Below, in pieces: positions 27,820-41,570 of a stretch of 64,000 nucleotides of DNA. The notes below the pieces were generated by a model. It did no database searches and was not told the origin of the DNA. It saw only the letters and a program-made list of their open reading frames with translations. The DNA comes from Camelus ferus (taxonomy: Eukaryota): NCBI RefSeq assembly GCF_009834535.1, contig NC_045697.1:13580001-13644000 (forward strand). The letters are read 5' to 3'. The position numbers and the translations under genes were made by a program. The stretch's first letter is position 1; each line of letters starts with the position of its first letter.

Positions 27820-30619
27820 TGCCCTTTACATTCTTGACTATCATTATCCGGGAAACATCTCTGAAATTATGTGTGGACAAAGAATTCTTTAAAAATTGAG
27901 GCAAAGCTATTTAAAAGACAAATCCCAAGAAGCTGATTTATTTTCATCCACCCCCCCAGTCACTTGGTCTACATATCAAGTAAAAGAAACCACAGCAATG
28001 CCTACTGTAATAAAAGACATTACTCCTTTGTAATGCTGGCCATTACTTGTACTTAAAATAAATGTTTGTGGTTTAAATGGTTAACTAGCTGTATCATAAA
28101 GGCTTTCAGTATTTTATGTTTCCTTCAAAGACCATTTGTAGTATTGATTAAACCCACAAGCATCTGGGAAGGTGTTTTGCCTCAATAGCTCAAGCAGGTG
28201 CTTCTGTGCAGTGGCAGGGCAAAACTGAAAGAGGAGCGGTATAGAAAACACAACAGCTTTGCAAGCAGCTCCTGCATTTAATCTGAAAACTGGGAAATGC
28301 ATGCATTTCCCATCTCCGTCAGGAATTATACATCTCCGTCAGGAATTTTCCCTATGTTGGTAAAAATTTGATGCACATTAAACTCAAGTTTTAGAATTTT
28401 GCCTAACTCACCCATATCTCACTGACATTTTCTTTTCAAATGCAAAAAAAATCTCCCTGTCTTCTGAATTTGGTGTTCTCTCTACTTGAAGTTGATATTC
28501 GGAGATAGTGGAAGAATTTGTATACAAGGCTAGAAACCGATACCAAAGTTGTACTGTCCTAACATAACAAAATCAATTCCCTGTTTACGTCACATCTAAT
28601 GCAGATGTCCCTAGATGGTGGAACGGCTTCCATGTGGTTTTACAGAGATCCAGACGCTGTGTATCTTGCAGCTCTGCCATTCTCTAGAGCCTCAGAGGCC
28701 TCGACTTGATCCTTTGCACCCAATTACTAGTCAGGGGAAAAGCAAGAAGCTCTCAGGAGAAGAATTTTTATGGACCATTTCTGGAAATGGTCCATAGACT
28801 CCAATAAACAAAAGCCAGCTCAATGGCCCCACCAATCCAATGGCAAGGGAGGCTGGAAAATATTGTTTACTTTCTTGTCCAGGAAGGAAAAAAATGAAAA
28901 TTGGTAAATACTAAGAAATCTATGCCACAAAAATATAGCAGTATTAAGTATCAGTATGATTAGACTGAATGCTGTAAAAATATAGTACATAATTTATGCA
29001 GCTTAATTCCAATGTTGACCAGTATTTAGAAAAGGAGGAAATATTTTTGAGAATTATATAGCATCTAAATTATGTAAAATAATGTAACAGTGCAACATGT
29101 GAATTCCAAACACAATTTTTTATCACAAGGAAAAATTCCTTGGGATAGCAGTCATTTTTAATCTATTTCTTAATTATCTCCGAAAAAGTTATTTTTCTTT
29201 CCTCGACTGTGTTTCTCTCTTTCCAATAACTTGTTTTCCTTTCCCATATTATTAAAGGAAGCTCTCATTTTGTATCATACTAAGCTGTAAATGAAGTAAT
29301 TCATTTTGCAGAAAGGCCCATGTGGATATACTTCCTAGACTGGGTCAGGTTTTCAAAAGAGTTTTATTTTAGCTAAGCAATTCTTGCACTTCTCAGCCAG
29401 ACTAGAAACAGAGGTTGAATATGCTGCCTCTTGGGCAACAGGGCCATTAGGTGGTATCGCAGAGTGCAGGAGCTACCAGAAATGAAGTAAGTGACAGGAA
29501 GATGGAAGGAAATGGAAAACAAACCAAAAAAACAAACAAAAAAAAAAATCAGAAATTGTTCCCCACTTCAGTTAACAGTATTTAGTTCACATTGGACCGA
29601 GCATCTGAAGGGAAGTTTGTATGTGTTACTATCCCAGTAAAAATCACACATTATTATGCTGCAGCCTAATCCAGGTGATCTTTTGGACATGACCTTGACA
29701 AATGTCTCAGGCTACGATGTGTCAGAAAGTACTCCCTTATCTGTAATATTTTATACTGTTCTCTGGGCTTGTTTTTTTCTGGGAAAGAGGTCATGCTGGG
29801 CCTACAGTTCCAAGCAACCTGAGTAACCCTGAAACTGTAATTGGATCGTCTGCCCACAAAATATTATTAAAAATAGGTGTTTGGGGGAAAATTGTAGTTT
29901 ATTCTATTCCATTATCACATACGGAACCTGAAGGTTTATTTCTGTATTTCTTTTTTCAGCTGTTTTATAGGCTTCTGAAATATTTAATATTTCTAAAATA
30001 AACTTGATTGCTAAGTTACAGAAGTATCATAAAAGACTAGAAATCAGTTGAATTACAAAACGTGAAATCCACAGTGAGGCATAAAGACTTGTTCTCTTTT
30101 CTCCCCTACCTTGACCCCACTGATACTTCTCTGTGGAATTTTATGAACCTAAGTGGGATAAAATAGGTATTTTCTGTTTTTTAAAGTTACTTTTAGAACA
30201 GAAGCTTTAGTATAAAATGTACATATATACATATATGCACATATACATATGAAATATGAATAAAATATCCAGTTGACATACCACTTGTTTCAAAGTCAAT
30301 ATTTACACTTAGAGTGAATGCTACACAAACCCTACCATAACTATACTTTCATGGTGTGTGTATGTTTATACGTGTATATTTTGCTATATACACATGAATC
30401 TCTCAAACATTATCAGACAATTCATGGGTTTGAACAGTGAGCTTTTCCTACCGAGAGACTAGGTGTTATAAGAAGCAATTTTTTCCTCTGTTGCAGAGAG
30501 ACTAACAAAAGATGCTTAATAAGAGATTTATCAGAAAATATATTCGTCTAAACTTATTTGGTTCCTGAAATAGTAGATTTTAGGGGAAATCTTTATATGT
30601 CAAATAATACATACTTTCT

Positions 30620-31460
30620 GTTTTAAGTAACGGAAATCCTATTTAAAGTGGCCAAAACGATGCTTTCCCACATAACAGGACATTCATAATGAGGTAATTA
30701 ACAAGATTGATTCAGCAGCCCAACAACGTTAGAGATTTTGAATCAATCCTCAGTTACATTTTGGCTTTCCCTCATGGCTGCGACATGGCTACCCTAGTTT
30801 TGAATACCATATCCTCATCTGATAACACCAAAAATGTAAAGGGAAACCAGAAATGGTCATATTTTATTAGAAAGGAAAAACTTTCCCAGAAGCTTTCTCA
30901 TAGAGTTCTCATTTCTTAAGATAATACTGGCCTCAATTGGGTTGTGTGCCTACAGCTTTCCTAGGGAAAGCGACTTCCTGGCGTTTGTGATTTCCGTCAT
31001 AAACAAGCTATGCTATCAGGGAGAAGGGGGACGGGGATGGCTGTCACCTAGGTAGCCAGCACTGTGTGTGGATATGAATATACTCCGTCAGGGTGGACAA
31101 GATTATCCTCGAGTGTCTAACAACCCAGTCGGCTCATGCATGATTTTCATTTCAGTTAGGCTCTTGGTAGGGATCCTGGTGGGCTAATCTTCACACAGGG
31201 ATGCAGGCTGAAGCTTCACTGGCTGCACAGCAAGGGGAAGGAGACATGAAATACTGTGCACTGGTTCCAAAAGGCTTTGGGCTGCAAGCGTTATCCTCAC
31301 ATCTGCTCACATGTATTGCTCAGTGGAAGTCACATGACCACACCTAACTGTAAGAGAAATTGGAATCTATAAATTTTACCAGTGTTTGCTTGTGACCACT
31401 AAAACTTTTATCACTAAGGAATAAAGGAGGACTGAATACGGGGGAGCAACCAGCAACGTC
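30620..31460 (-). mobile_element. Old MaLR LTR fragments (MLT1J/K-like)
   Basis: CCTCATGGCTGCGACATGGCT and AAGTCACATGACCACACCTAACTGTAAG motifs. Confidence 0.5.
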
Positions 31461-31489
31461 TAAAACAAGTACCTAACTAACTGGGTGGT

Positions 31490-31985
31490 TACAGTAGAAA
31501 GAACAATGGCCTCCCAAAGATACCCATATTCTAAATCCAGGAACCTGTAAATATGTTTCTTTATATGACAAAAAGAACACTGCAGATGTGATTAAGTTAA
31601 GGATCATGAGATGGGGAGATTATTCTAAATAATCCAGGTTGGTCTAATGCAATCACAAGAGTCATTATAAAAGGGAGTCAAGAAGGCATAGTAAGTGGAA
31701 GGAAATGTGATGACAGATGCAAGAGGCTGAAGGGATGCAAAGAAGGGGTCAAAGCCAAGTAGCATATTTAAGAGCCTTGAAAGCTGGAAGAGACAAGGAA
31801 ACAGATTCCCCATCAGAGCCTCTAGAGAGAACCAGCCCTCCTGGAACCCAGACTTTTAACTCGGTAAACTCAGTAAACCTCCTTTTGGATCTCTGCCCTC
31901 CAGAAATGTCAGAGTATAAATTTTCATTGTTTTAAGCCACTAATTTTGTGAAACTTTGTTATAGTAGCAATAGAAAACTAATACA
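31490..31985 (+). mobile_element. MaLR LTR (MLT1D-like)
   Basis: AATGGCCTCCCAAAGAT..GCAGATGTGATTAAGTTAAGGATC..TTTAAGCCACTAA..GCAATAGAAAACTAATACA. Confidence 0.9.
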
Positions 31986-32359
31986 TGGTTTGTAAGTATT
32001 AAGCTGTACAATATATGTAAAGATTATCAGGATGCCAAGCACACTGAGTGGCCCCAAAGGGCATTAGAACCCTTCTACTTTTGTTTATGTAAATGGATAT
32101 TTTCATACGGGAAGAAACACAAGAAGAGATAAAATTGTTATTATTTTAAAGAAACAATATAGGCAGAATATCAAAAACACTATTCAATATGTACTTATAT
32201 CTGTAAGTATTTGGGATTAAAAAATAGTGTTTCTTAAAGAATAACAGTAAAAGTCTATTTATATCTGTGTTATATTCAGTATGATTGGAGCAATAGGTTT
32301 TGTGTAGATCCTCCGTATGTGGTTGAGGAAGCTTCCCTCTTTCTTGGTATATTAAGAAT

Positions 32360-32580
32360 TTTTTTAATTTATTTTTCCTTTTTTATTGAAGTATAGTCAG
32401 TTTACAATGTTTTGTCAGTTTCTGGCGTACAGTACGATAGCTCAGTCATACATATACATACATATATACATTTTCATGTTCATTTTTCTTTATAGATTAT
32501 AGGATATTGAATATAGTTCCCTGTGCTATACAGTATAAATTTGTTGTTTATTTTATATATAGTAGTTAGTATCTGCAAAT
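32360..32580 (-). mobile_element. L1 3'-end fragment
   Basis: TTTATTGAAGTATAGTCAGTTTACAATG..TTCCCTGTGCTATACAG, same family as the 8307 and 39262 copies. Confidence 0.88.
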
Positions 32581-32589
32581 GGTGGTTCA

Positions 32590-33175
32590 ATTTTACCTAA
32601 TTATAGGTAATATGTTATTTATCTTTGGTTGCTTTTAAGACTGTGTCTTTAGTTTTCAAATATTTACTTCTGATACATCTTAGTGTGGATTTCTTTGCAT
32701 TTATCTTATTTGGAGTTTGCTCAACTGCTTGGATCTGCAAGTTTGTGTCTTTCACCAAATATGAGAAATTTTAAGTCATTATTTATTCAATGCTTTTTCA
32801 GTTCCACCTTCTTTCTCCTCTACTTCTGGAATCTGATAATACAAAATTTAAGTCATTTGCTATTGTCCTATAGGCCACCTTAATTTTTTGCAGTCTGTTT
32901 TCTCTGTTACTCAGATTAAGAAATTCTATTGATTTATCTGCAGATGCACTGACTCTCTCTTCTGTCCTCCCCACCCAGTCTTGAGTTCATTTAGATTTTT
33001 AAATTCTGGGTGTGGTGTTTTTTATTTCCATAGCTTTTATTTGGTTCTTTCCTACAACTTCAGTTTCTTTGCTGAAATTTTCTATTTTTTCATTCGTTTC
33101 AGAAACTTTGTAATTAATTTTTGAAGCACTTTATGACAGATGCTTCAAATTCTTGCCAAGTAATTTCAACATGTT
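32590..33175 (-). mobile_element. Old L1 (L1ME/L1M-like) fragment
   Basis: T-rich sequence with GTGTGGATTTCTTTG..TTGGATCTGCAAGTTTGTGTCTTTCACCAAAT, typical of antisense old L1. Confidence 0.7.
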
Positions 33176-35069
33176 ATAATATTTGGCAAAATCTTTGCCC
33201 TGGCTACTGCCTGAATTGTTAAGGTACTCTCACATACCAGGCACTCCATTCTTCCAACTACCTCTTTTGATTTTATATGTGTATAACTTTTGACACACCA
33301 TCCTCATTTCCCTGGCCCCGAACCAAGTATGTGAACCAAGGCAACAAGATATTCATTTTAGCCAATCCTCAATCAGAGGTCCATACTTAGAGATAGGAAT
33401 TAAATCCACTTTATTTGAACAATATGAATTTACAGTTGGAGAGAAATTATTCCCTCCTTCCTCACTCTCAAAATTAGCAAAAATAAAAACAAAAAAAAAA
33501 ACCCATGAAACCAGGAAAACAGTGTGTAATTCTTACCCATCTTTCAAGAACTAAATCAAGTATTGTTTCATTGTGATACCTTTATTCTTTCAGGGCTTTA
33601 TTTTTAGTTCTAAACGGTATCCTTTTCATATCCAGAATTTTTGCCTGTTCCCATTCGTGTGTGAGTTTCATGAGGGAATGAACCCTATCTTATTCAATCT
33701 CCTATCTGACCATCTAGGACAGTATATCAAAAGCAGTAAATATTGGTTATTTCAACAAATTAAATGAAGTTATTCTACAGTGTTCTCTCTCCGAATGGAA
33801 CATTAATATCTTTTTAATGGGCTTGATTTCATTTTAGGGTTCAACATCTGTCCCTGGAAACACATTTCTTAAATTTCATTGGAAATCAATGGGACAGTTT
33901 CTTCTGAAACCAGTATTTCCTGTGCACAGAGCTTTGAGGAACATGAAGTAAATAACACAGCTATAATTCTTCGCTGCAACATGAGGATGCCTCTCCTGAA
34001 ATTAGTAACACCATGAATTGCCATTCACATTAAGGAATTAGAAGTGACTATTTTACTAAGAAGAAAAGAAAAAAAAAAATAAAACAGTGCTATTCCCAGA
34101 AAGAGATAGCTTCATGCTCTACATATGTTCCATCCAAAAATGTGATTCCAAATGATGCATCATGGGACATGTATAAGATCTTAACATATTAGAAGTGTCT
34201 TTTGCATAACCAAAAACTGAGATCAGTGAGGCTCATCTGAAATCCCACGGACAAATCTGCTGTCCATAGAACTCACTCTTACACCTAAAAGAGCAAAGGA
34301 ATTAAGTATTTAGCACATGTTGTAAAGATGACAAACCCCTTTGTTTCAGTAAAACCTCCAGAGAGTCATCATTTTATATAAAGAAACTTGGAAATGCAGT
34401 AGAGGTCTCTCTGCCAGAGGAAGTTTCTAATATATGACCCTTGTAAGTGTGCTGGATTTGTTAACAAGCTTCTGTATCAGTTCACAAGGCTGCAAGCTCT
34501 TTTCAGGACACTATCTGCCTACAATGTTTGTTCAGGAACTTCTATTTTGAAGTGCCTTTAAATACTTTTTAAGTCTTCTATTATATATACACACACACAC
34601 ATATCTTTTTTAAGTTATGTTAACAATAAAAGTTTGTATTACTTTCACAGAGTGATTCTCCTTATTCCAAACTGTTAGGCTATCAGGGATGTAAATTTTG
34701 CATAATTTTAATTCATGACACGTGAGTGTGTGTGTGTGTGGGTGTGTGTAACAAATTCATTTACTTGGCTGACCACAAGAGTGGGTTTTGAATGAGATTG
34801 TATACGCATGTCTTCCTTTTGAAAAAAATAAATAAATAAATGGATGCATTCGTTGAAATTACTGGAAACGTTTAGATATTGAATGGGATTCAGTCATGCA
34901 GAGCTATGATTCTGCATCATTCTGTTCACTCTGACTGTTCTCTTGGACACTTTTTCTCACTTATGCAAAAATATATGCAGAAATTTCAGGTTTTACATTA
35001 CTCAGAAACATGAGAGGTTTTCAATCTTGTATTTCCTAGCAGGTATTTTGACCTTTTACTGATGTTGAT

Positions 35070-35610
35070 TTAGTGCATTGATGGCCCAGCTCTGCCCTTT
35101 CCCTATATCTTCATTCTTCACCTGGCGACCTTGCAGTTCTTTTCAATTAAGACTATTTCCATATTCCTCAGATCATGTGATTTGCTTGGACCTATAGGAT
35201 CTTAGCAGACTTGTCTCGTGCAGAGGTTTGACAAAGCACTTGTGTCTGTCACTTTCTTTTTACCTTTGCTGTGATTGCTAAGAGCACATGCCCCAACTAG
35301 TCTGTGAAGTTGCCTGGGGCTATGTGAAATATTGAGGGGAAAGCAGTCATCCCAGACGAGGCTATGCTAAGAGAGCCAACAGTCAGTTGACTCTCATGTT
35401 TGCAGGAGATTCCAGCCAAGATCAGCTGAGATGAGCCTGCCTGACCCATAGCTGATGGAAGACAGACAGATGAGTCCAGCTGGGACCAGAACCTGATTTG
35501 AAGCTGACTCTTAAACTCGTAAGCTATTATAAATGGTTGTTTTATAAGCCACTGAGTTTTGAGGCAGTTTATTCACCCCATTATTGGTGCAAGAGAAAAT
35601 TGATGCAACT
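35070..35610 (+). mobile_element. Old MaLR LTR (MLT1H/I-like)
   Basis: CATGTGATTTGCTTGG..AAATGGTTGTTTTATAAGCCACTGAGTTTTGAGGCAGTTT. Confidence 0.65.
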
Positions 35611-36679
35611 GTAGTCAAGGCAGCTGCATTAAGCTAAGTTCAACACAATGACGAGGGGGACCCTGAACCTGTGGCTGGGGCAATGCCAGTTGGCTTAAGA
35701 TCAGCTACTTGAAGGAAACACCGTGTTTATGGAACTAGGAAAGCTGGAGCTAGGCAGGATCTCTGGAGTTGGGATGCTGCAGAATGGGAGAGGGTAGAAT
35801 GTGTCTTGGGAAGGCTCTTGGGGTGATTCAAAAGAAATGAAAATCATGAAAGAATTACCACTCCAGTTCTAAGGCTACACTAACATATGTGGGAAATAAT
35901 AATAAAATTATAGCATAAGAAACTATAAGACACTATGAGGTAAAATTGCACCACATAGACTGTAAATACAGTAGACATTCAAAAGCAAAGAAAGGAGTAC
36001 AAACTGGAGACATCAAGGCCAAGTTTATGGGGAAGGTGGAGGAAGAAGGTGCTTTGAAATGTGAATTAAGCTTGATTAAAGAAGGGACAGAGACTCTTGG
36101 TAAGCTTTTTCGAATAAAGAGTGAGACTTGTTAGACACTATTAAAGTTAAAGTGTTGCTTTATTTGAGGTTATTGCATACAGGAAATATTTTTTAGGGCT
36201 ACTATAATTTTTTAATTAATATTTAATTTACTGAAGTTACAAAATGAGAGGCTTAGTTTGTTCCATTTTTTACAAAACATTTAGATTTAATTTACAAACT
36301 TGTGATGCTCTTTATAAATCCAGTAAATCTTAAGTATGACTTTTAAAGGGGATTTTACATCTTAGTTAATTAAATCCCTTTAAATATTTTAAACAGCATT
36401 TACACATTTAATATATTTGCTTTTCTTTTATATGCAATTCAATTAATCTGAATAACAAAAAAGTTCCCCAGGAACTTAACCAATTCTTATAAGCCTAATA
36501 AATCACAGACATAATAAATACAGTAAATCTGAAATTATTGTAAATATTATTATATTGTAAAAATTATTTGCAATATTGCAAAACCTAGTACCATTTCTTT
36601 TAACTTAAAATTATAAACTTAAGTCAATCATTTTAGGTATACATTTTAAACTAGAATTAAATGGCTTAACTGGTAGATC

Positions 36680-36850
36680 TGTGATTTTCAATTGGGAGTA
36701 ATATTACTGCCCCCCGGGGGGACATTTGGACGTATGAGCAGGTGCTTTGGTTTTCACAATGCCTGGGGACCGCTGCAGGTATCTAGTGGGTAGTGAACAG
36801 GGACATTCAACTTCCTACAGTAAGTGAGAGCCAAAACATACCCCTTGAGG
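36680..36850 (+). mobile_element. hAT-Charlie MITE (MER20-like)
   Basis: TGCCCCCCGGGGGGACATTTGG..TTGGTTTTCACAAT..ATCTAGTGGGTAG. Confidence 0.7.
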
Positions 36851-37887
36851 GCAATAGATAATGTCGTCACTTGAGTTCTTCTAGATGCTGACTCTAATAG
36901 ATGATTCAAATTCAAGTCATGTATTTGGGAGTGAAGAAGACACTGTTAGGTGAGTCAGCAGTGAGACAGGAGAGGAAGTAAAGCAATGAAGGGTGCTTTA
37001 TCAAGTCTGCTGCTGCTACTACTTGGGTAACTGGAGCATAACTCAACTGAGGAAGCCCTGGGAGCCAACGTACAACGCGGGTCTCTGGGGTGTCTTACCA
37101 TGGGAGTGGGAGAACTGGGTTCTGACACACCAGTCCCATTGTCATGGATCGAGGGCTGTTTCCGGAGGTGTGAAGTCTCCTGCACTTCGGGCAAAGCAGA
37201 GGGGACTTTGGCGGCCAGAGAATGTTCCCGAAGGCAAAAGCAAAATCCAGATGTTCTGTGCTTCTGTTTGTTTGTTTCTTTGACTATTCCGATTGCAGCA
37301 TGCTGAACAGAAATCAAATGAGCTTAAATTAGGGATTTGACAAATTGACTTTTTAACGTCCCTTTGATTAGAGATGAATCAACCAAAAGTAGAATGCTAA
37401 TCCAGGCTTTGAAGCATCAGAAGATCTGATCATCTAGAGTTTGATTCTCATTTGCTTCCTGTAGGTAAACAATGGTGGCTTTGAACAAGTGAGCCCCAGA
37501 AAAATTAACAAGGCCTTGGAAGAGAAACGCAACACTGGTCTCAGTCCCTAACCCATCATTTCTGCTCATTGTCACCTGCTGTTGTGTTGTATATGCTGGT
37601 GGATAGTGAGAGATGCCACCCTTCCCAGTCTCCAACAGCCCTTGGGAAAGGTCCTCAGATTTGAATCTCATGGGAGAGGAAAAATTGGAATTGAGCTGAG
37701 ATTCAAAAATGTAAAACAATGTTTATTAAGGTCTAGGCCCATGAAACTGTCTAAAATTGTATGTCAACCTTTGCATAAGTGTATATTTTCCTGGAGAGAG
37801 ATTCCATGGCTTTCATTAACTTCTCTAAGGAGACCGTGCCCTTCACAGAAGAATAAGAAACATTTATTTAAAATAAAAGTAATCCAG

Positions 37888-38021
37888 GGGGGAGGGTATA
37901 GCTCAAGTAGTAGAGCACACACTTAGCATACACAGGGTCCTGGGTTCGATCCCCAGTACCTCCTCCAAAAATGAATAAACCTAAATACCTACCCCCTGCC
38001 AAAGTAAAATAATTAAATAAA
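37888..38021 (+). mobile_element. tRNA-derived SINE (camelid Vic-1-like) with perfect TSD
   Basis: Intact A/B boxes (TAGCTCAAGTAG, GGTTCGATCC); TAAAATAAAAGTAATCCAG at 37869-37887 and 38022-38040. Confidence 0.93.
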
Positions 38022-39255
38022 TAAAATAAAAGTAATCCAGTAGCGGAGGAAGAAACAAGAAAAAGGCAGAGGGATATAACTACTACCCACAAATATCAAA
38101 TATTAATTTTGTCATGACCCTCGTAAGAACCCTGTTATTATGATAAAGAACTAAGACTTAGAGGAATTAAGGGATTTATATGCTCGAGGACACAGCAGGC
38201 GAAAGGTACAGCTGGCATTCCACCTTTGATGCTTTTCTGACTCCAAAGCAATATGCCATCCTCATCATGCTGCCGTGTTATCTTCAGAGGGTCCTGGAGT
38301 GAAGCCCTTGAACACATATTTTCCAAATACTCTTAACAGTCTGGGGAGAGAAGGAACTAATTTCATGGAAACTGAAACGATCCAAAAGAAACTTGATAAA
38401 TTTCAGAGTATTTTAATATGACCATTCCCTCCAGGACCCTTAGACCCCACTTTCAGGTCTATGATGACTCCTGAGGCTGCACCTGGACTGGTGGATACTG
38501 ACATTGCCTCCTCATTCCTTAGAGAAAGAGAGTAAGCATTATATCCATTCCCTGCACGATTAAATGAAACTCATTTGATGACTCACTTAGTCATTAGAAT
38601 ATCCTAAAAGAATCAACATATTGTAATATTCAAATTTTAATTGAAGTTCATCTCAGCAGGGTAAGAAGCTTTAAAAGTTCCAAATTTTTAAGTGATAAGC
38701 TTAGAATTCTTTCCTCCTAGCAATTTTATTTTTTAACTTCAATTTTGCCCCAAAAATTTTCCTGGAGGGACACTAGGGAACTTTTCATTGCCAAATCTAA
38801 TAAGTCATGTTCTCAATAATTTAACTGTTTTCCCCTATGTAAAAGATGACATTTTCATCATGAGCTATTTAGAAAATGCAAACAAAATGAAAATCATAGA
38901 GATATCGCAGAACCCCTGCTCATAAAATATTAACTGTGAGCCATTTGCTACTTAGCATATCTTATAGATAGATGATAGGTAGATGTACGTATTTTTAATA
39001 AATAAAACAGAGACCAAAATCTTCATGTTTGGAGAATCACCATGCTCTCCGGGAAGCAGGAGGAAGCTTCCATGTACATTCACTTTGTTGTCTTATTGAT
39101 ATAACGTGAAAACCGAGAGGCAGTATTAGAGAAGGCAGAAGTGAATTGATTTCCATTACAAAGGGCAGCAAACAGGTGGTTGGAAAAAAAGAAGAGAGAC
39201 TGTGTCTTGGAAGACAGAATGGGGGAAAGCTGAGGCTAAATCAGGAGGGTGCTTT

Positions 39256-39330
39256 AAAAAAATTAATTGAAATATAGTTGATTTACAATGTTGTGTTAGT
39301 GTCAGGTATACAGCAAAGTGATTCAGTTAT

Positions 39331-39368
<38 letters not shown>

Positions 39369-39548
39369 TCTTTTTCAGATTCTTTTCCATTATAGGCTAT
39401 TACAAGATATTGAATATGGTTCCCTGTGCTATAAAGTTGGACCTTGTTGTTTATGTATTTTATATATAGTAGTTAGTATCTGCTAATCCTAGACTCCTAA
39501 TTTACCGCTATCCTCCCCTTTTCCCTTTGGTAATCATGTTTGTTTTCT
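39256..39548 (-). mobile_element. L1 3'-end insertion with 13-bp TSD and an internal (CA)n(TA)n microsatellite
   Basis: ATTGAAATATAGTTGATTTACAATGTTGTGTTAG; flanks AGGAGGGTGCTTT (39243-39255) and AGGAGGGCACTTT (39549-39561). Confidence 0.9.
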
Positions 39549-41384
39549 AGGAGGGCACTTTTAAGGGGCTTTGTAAATGAGACTAGAGATTATGAGAGTT
39601 TGTTTATCCTTTCTGTCATTCATTGTACCGTCAACAAATATGTGTTATGACTCTACTCTGTGCATTTCAAGGTGCCCTGGAAACAGAAAGGGGTGGGTCC
39701 TGCTCTCAGGATGCTTCTCGACTAAGGAGAAGACTGTACACCAATCAATGCAGAATTCCAAAGAAGCATGGCCGGTGCCTGGACAGAGATAAGCATGAGA
39801 AAGGAGAAGACACATCTAACCCAGACTGGGCTGTGGAAGAACTTGTGCTCTGAGGGGTGCTGGTACCGGGCCAGAAACTGAAGGACAAGTAGAATTCAGG
39901 CAGACAAGCGGTATCATGCAGGTCTGCTTAGCAAAAGAGACTTTTGTTAACAATATTGCACTAGAAAGAACAGCAAGCCAATGGGCTCTTGTGTGCAAAG
40001 GGTAGAGGGGACTAAAAGGACAGAAACTTGGTACAGCTTCCTTGCCTCTTTGTAGACTTGGGCATAATCAGCTAAACCATACAGACACGAAGCGTGAGCA
40101 TGTCTGACACATGAGTTAAGTCCAAGTGGCTGTTCTCAATAGCATACATTCGTTTCAGCAACAAGTACATCCAAATATAACTAAGGCAGAAAGAAGCAAA
40201 GAGTAAGAGTTAGAAGGAGATAGATTTCGGGGAGCACACAATAAAAGACTGTTCTAATATAACAGGTATCAAAAGAAAAGAAATAAATGAAAGGCAGGAA
40301 GGAAAGAGAGGAGGGGGGAAGGGAAGGGAAGGGAGGAAAGGGGAAACAGTGCTTGGAAAAGCAGTCGGTTCCCCGTCACTGACTACATTGGGGTAAATGG
40401 AGCTTCCTCTCCCAGCATCCTGTGATTCTATAATCTGGGCTCAAACAAATAACAACAATATTTCTGGGCTGCAACTATATTTTCTCTTTCTGTGTGTTTC
40501 CTTAGAAAAAAGACAAAGATTCACATCGAGAAGTTAATTGTATCTATTTCTAGATGATGAGATTACAAGTGATTTTTATTCTCAAAATTTTATCTTAATA
40601 AATATCTGAATTTATACTTTATGATCAGAAAATATTATAACATTTTAAAGGCTTTCTAACTCTTGGTCAAACATTTATGAGTATATAAGTATAGAATGTA
40701 TATTCAAATATGACATTATAAGAAAATCAAGAGATAACTCTTCACATAAATTACTATCTTTCATTTATTATTTTTGATACAGTAGCTTACATAGAATAGA
40801 TCCTCCATAAATCTATTGACTATTGATTTTTGCAAAGTAGGCCATCTTCCTTATGTAAATAGTACACATATCCATTTTGGTAGCTATTTTAAAGTCAAAA
40901 AAACCCATTTGACCAAACCAGAACATAACATAAAAATGGCTGTCAGCAAAGGTAAACAGAAAGTGGCAATTTAGGGAAAAAAAATTGTCTAACATTCAAA
41001 AGAAATGGGATTGATTTGAAGGGTGTACTAAACCCTTATATAGATTAATGTTTCAAACTGGAAATTTGGGCAAAGAATATAAACAGAAATATAAGCAAAA
41101 AACAATAACAAGGAGAAATTCCTTTTCACTAGTGAGCATGAAAAAGCAAATGGAAAGAATGAGACAGCACATTTCTGGCCATCAGATTGGCTGCATTTTA
41201 AATATCCCCATAATGCAGAGAACTGTGTTATATATACTGCAGCTTTTTGGAGGTACTTCTGACATTTGTTTAATTGTTTAACTGTTCATTATCTCTTACA
41301 TGACAGTTTCACCTGTGAGTTTTTCCCCCGTAGAATTAACTGCATAAATGTCCAAAGAGACTTTTCATCATAATTAATTTTATA

Positions 41385-41570
41385 TAAAATAGGTAAAAAA
41401 ACAAGTTCATACTGTATAGCACAGGGAGCTATATTCAATATCTTGTAGTCACTTATGATGAAAAATTATATAAAAATGAACATATGTATATTCATGTATG
41501 ACTGAAGCATTATGTACACCAGAAATTGATACAACATTGTCAATTGACTGTGCTTCAATAAAATATATAT
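41385..41570 (+). mobile_element. L1 3'-end fragment
   Basis: CTGTATAGCACAGGGAGCTATATTCAATATCTTGTAG..CTTCAATAAAA; ATAATTA(A/T)TTT on both sides. Confidence 0.88.

Noticed and set aside
29397..29492. Possible plus-strand exon ending GAA/GTAAGT; a similar lone donor lies near 17514
   Set aside because: Isolated donor motifs are expected by chance in 64 kb, and the frames examined contain stops or give no recognisable peptide.
36955..37926. Cluster of overlapping 68-120 aa ORFs
   Set aside because: Locally higher GC, partly over probable old LTR sequence. No recognisable protein or splice structure.
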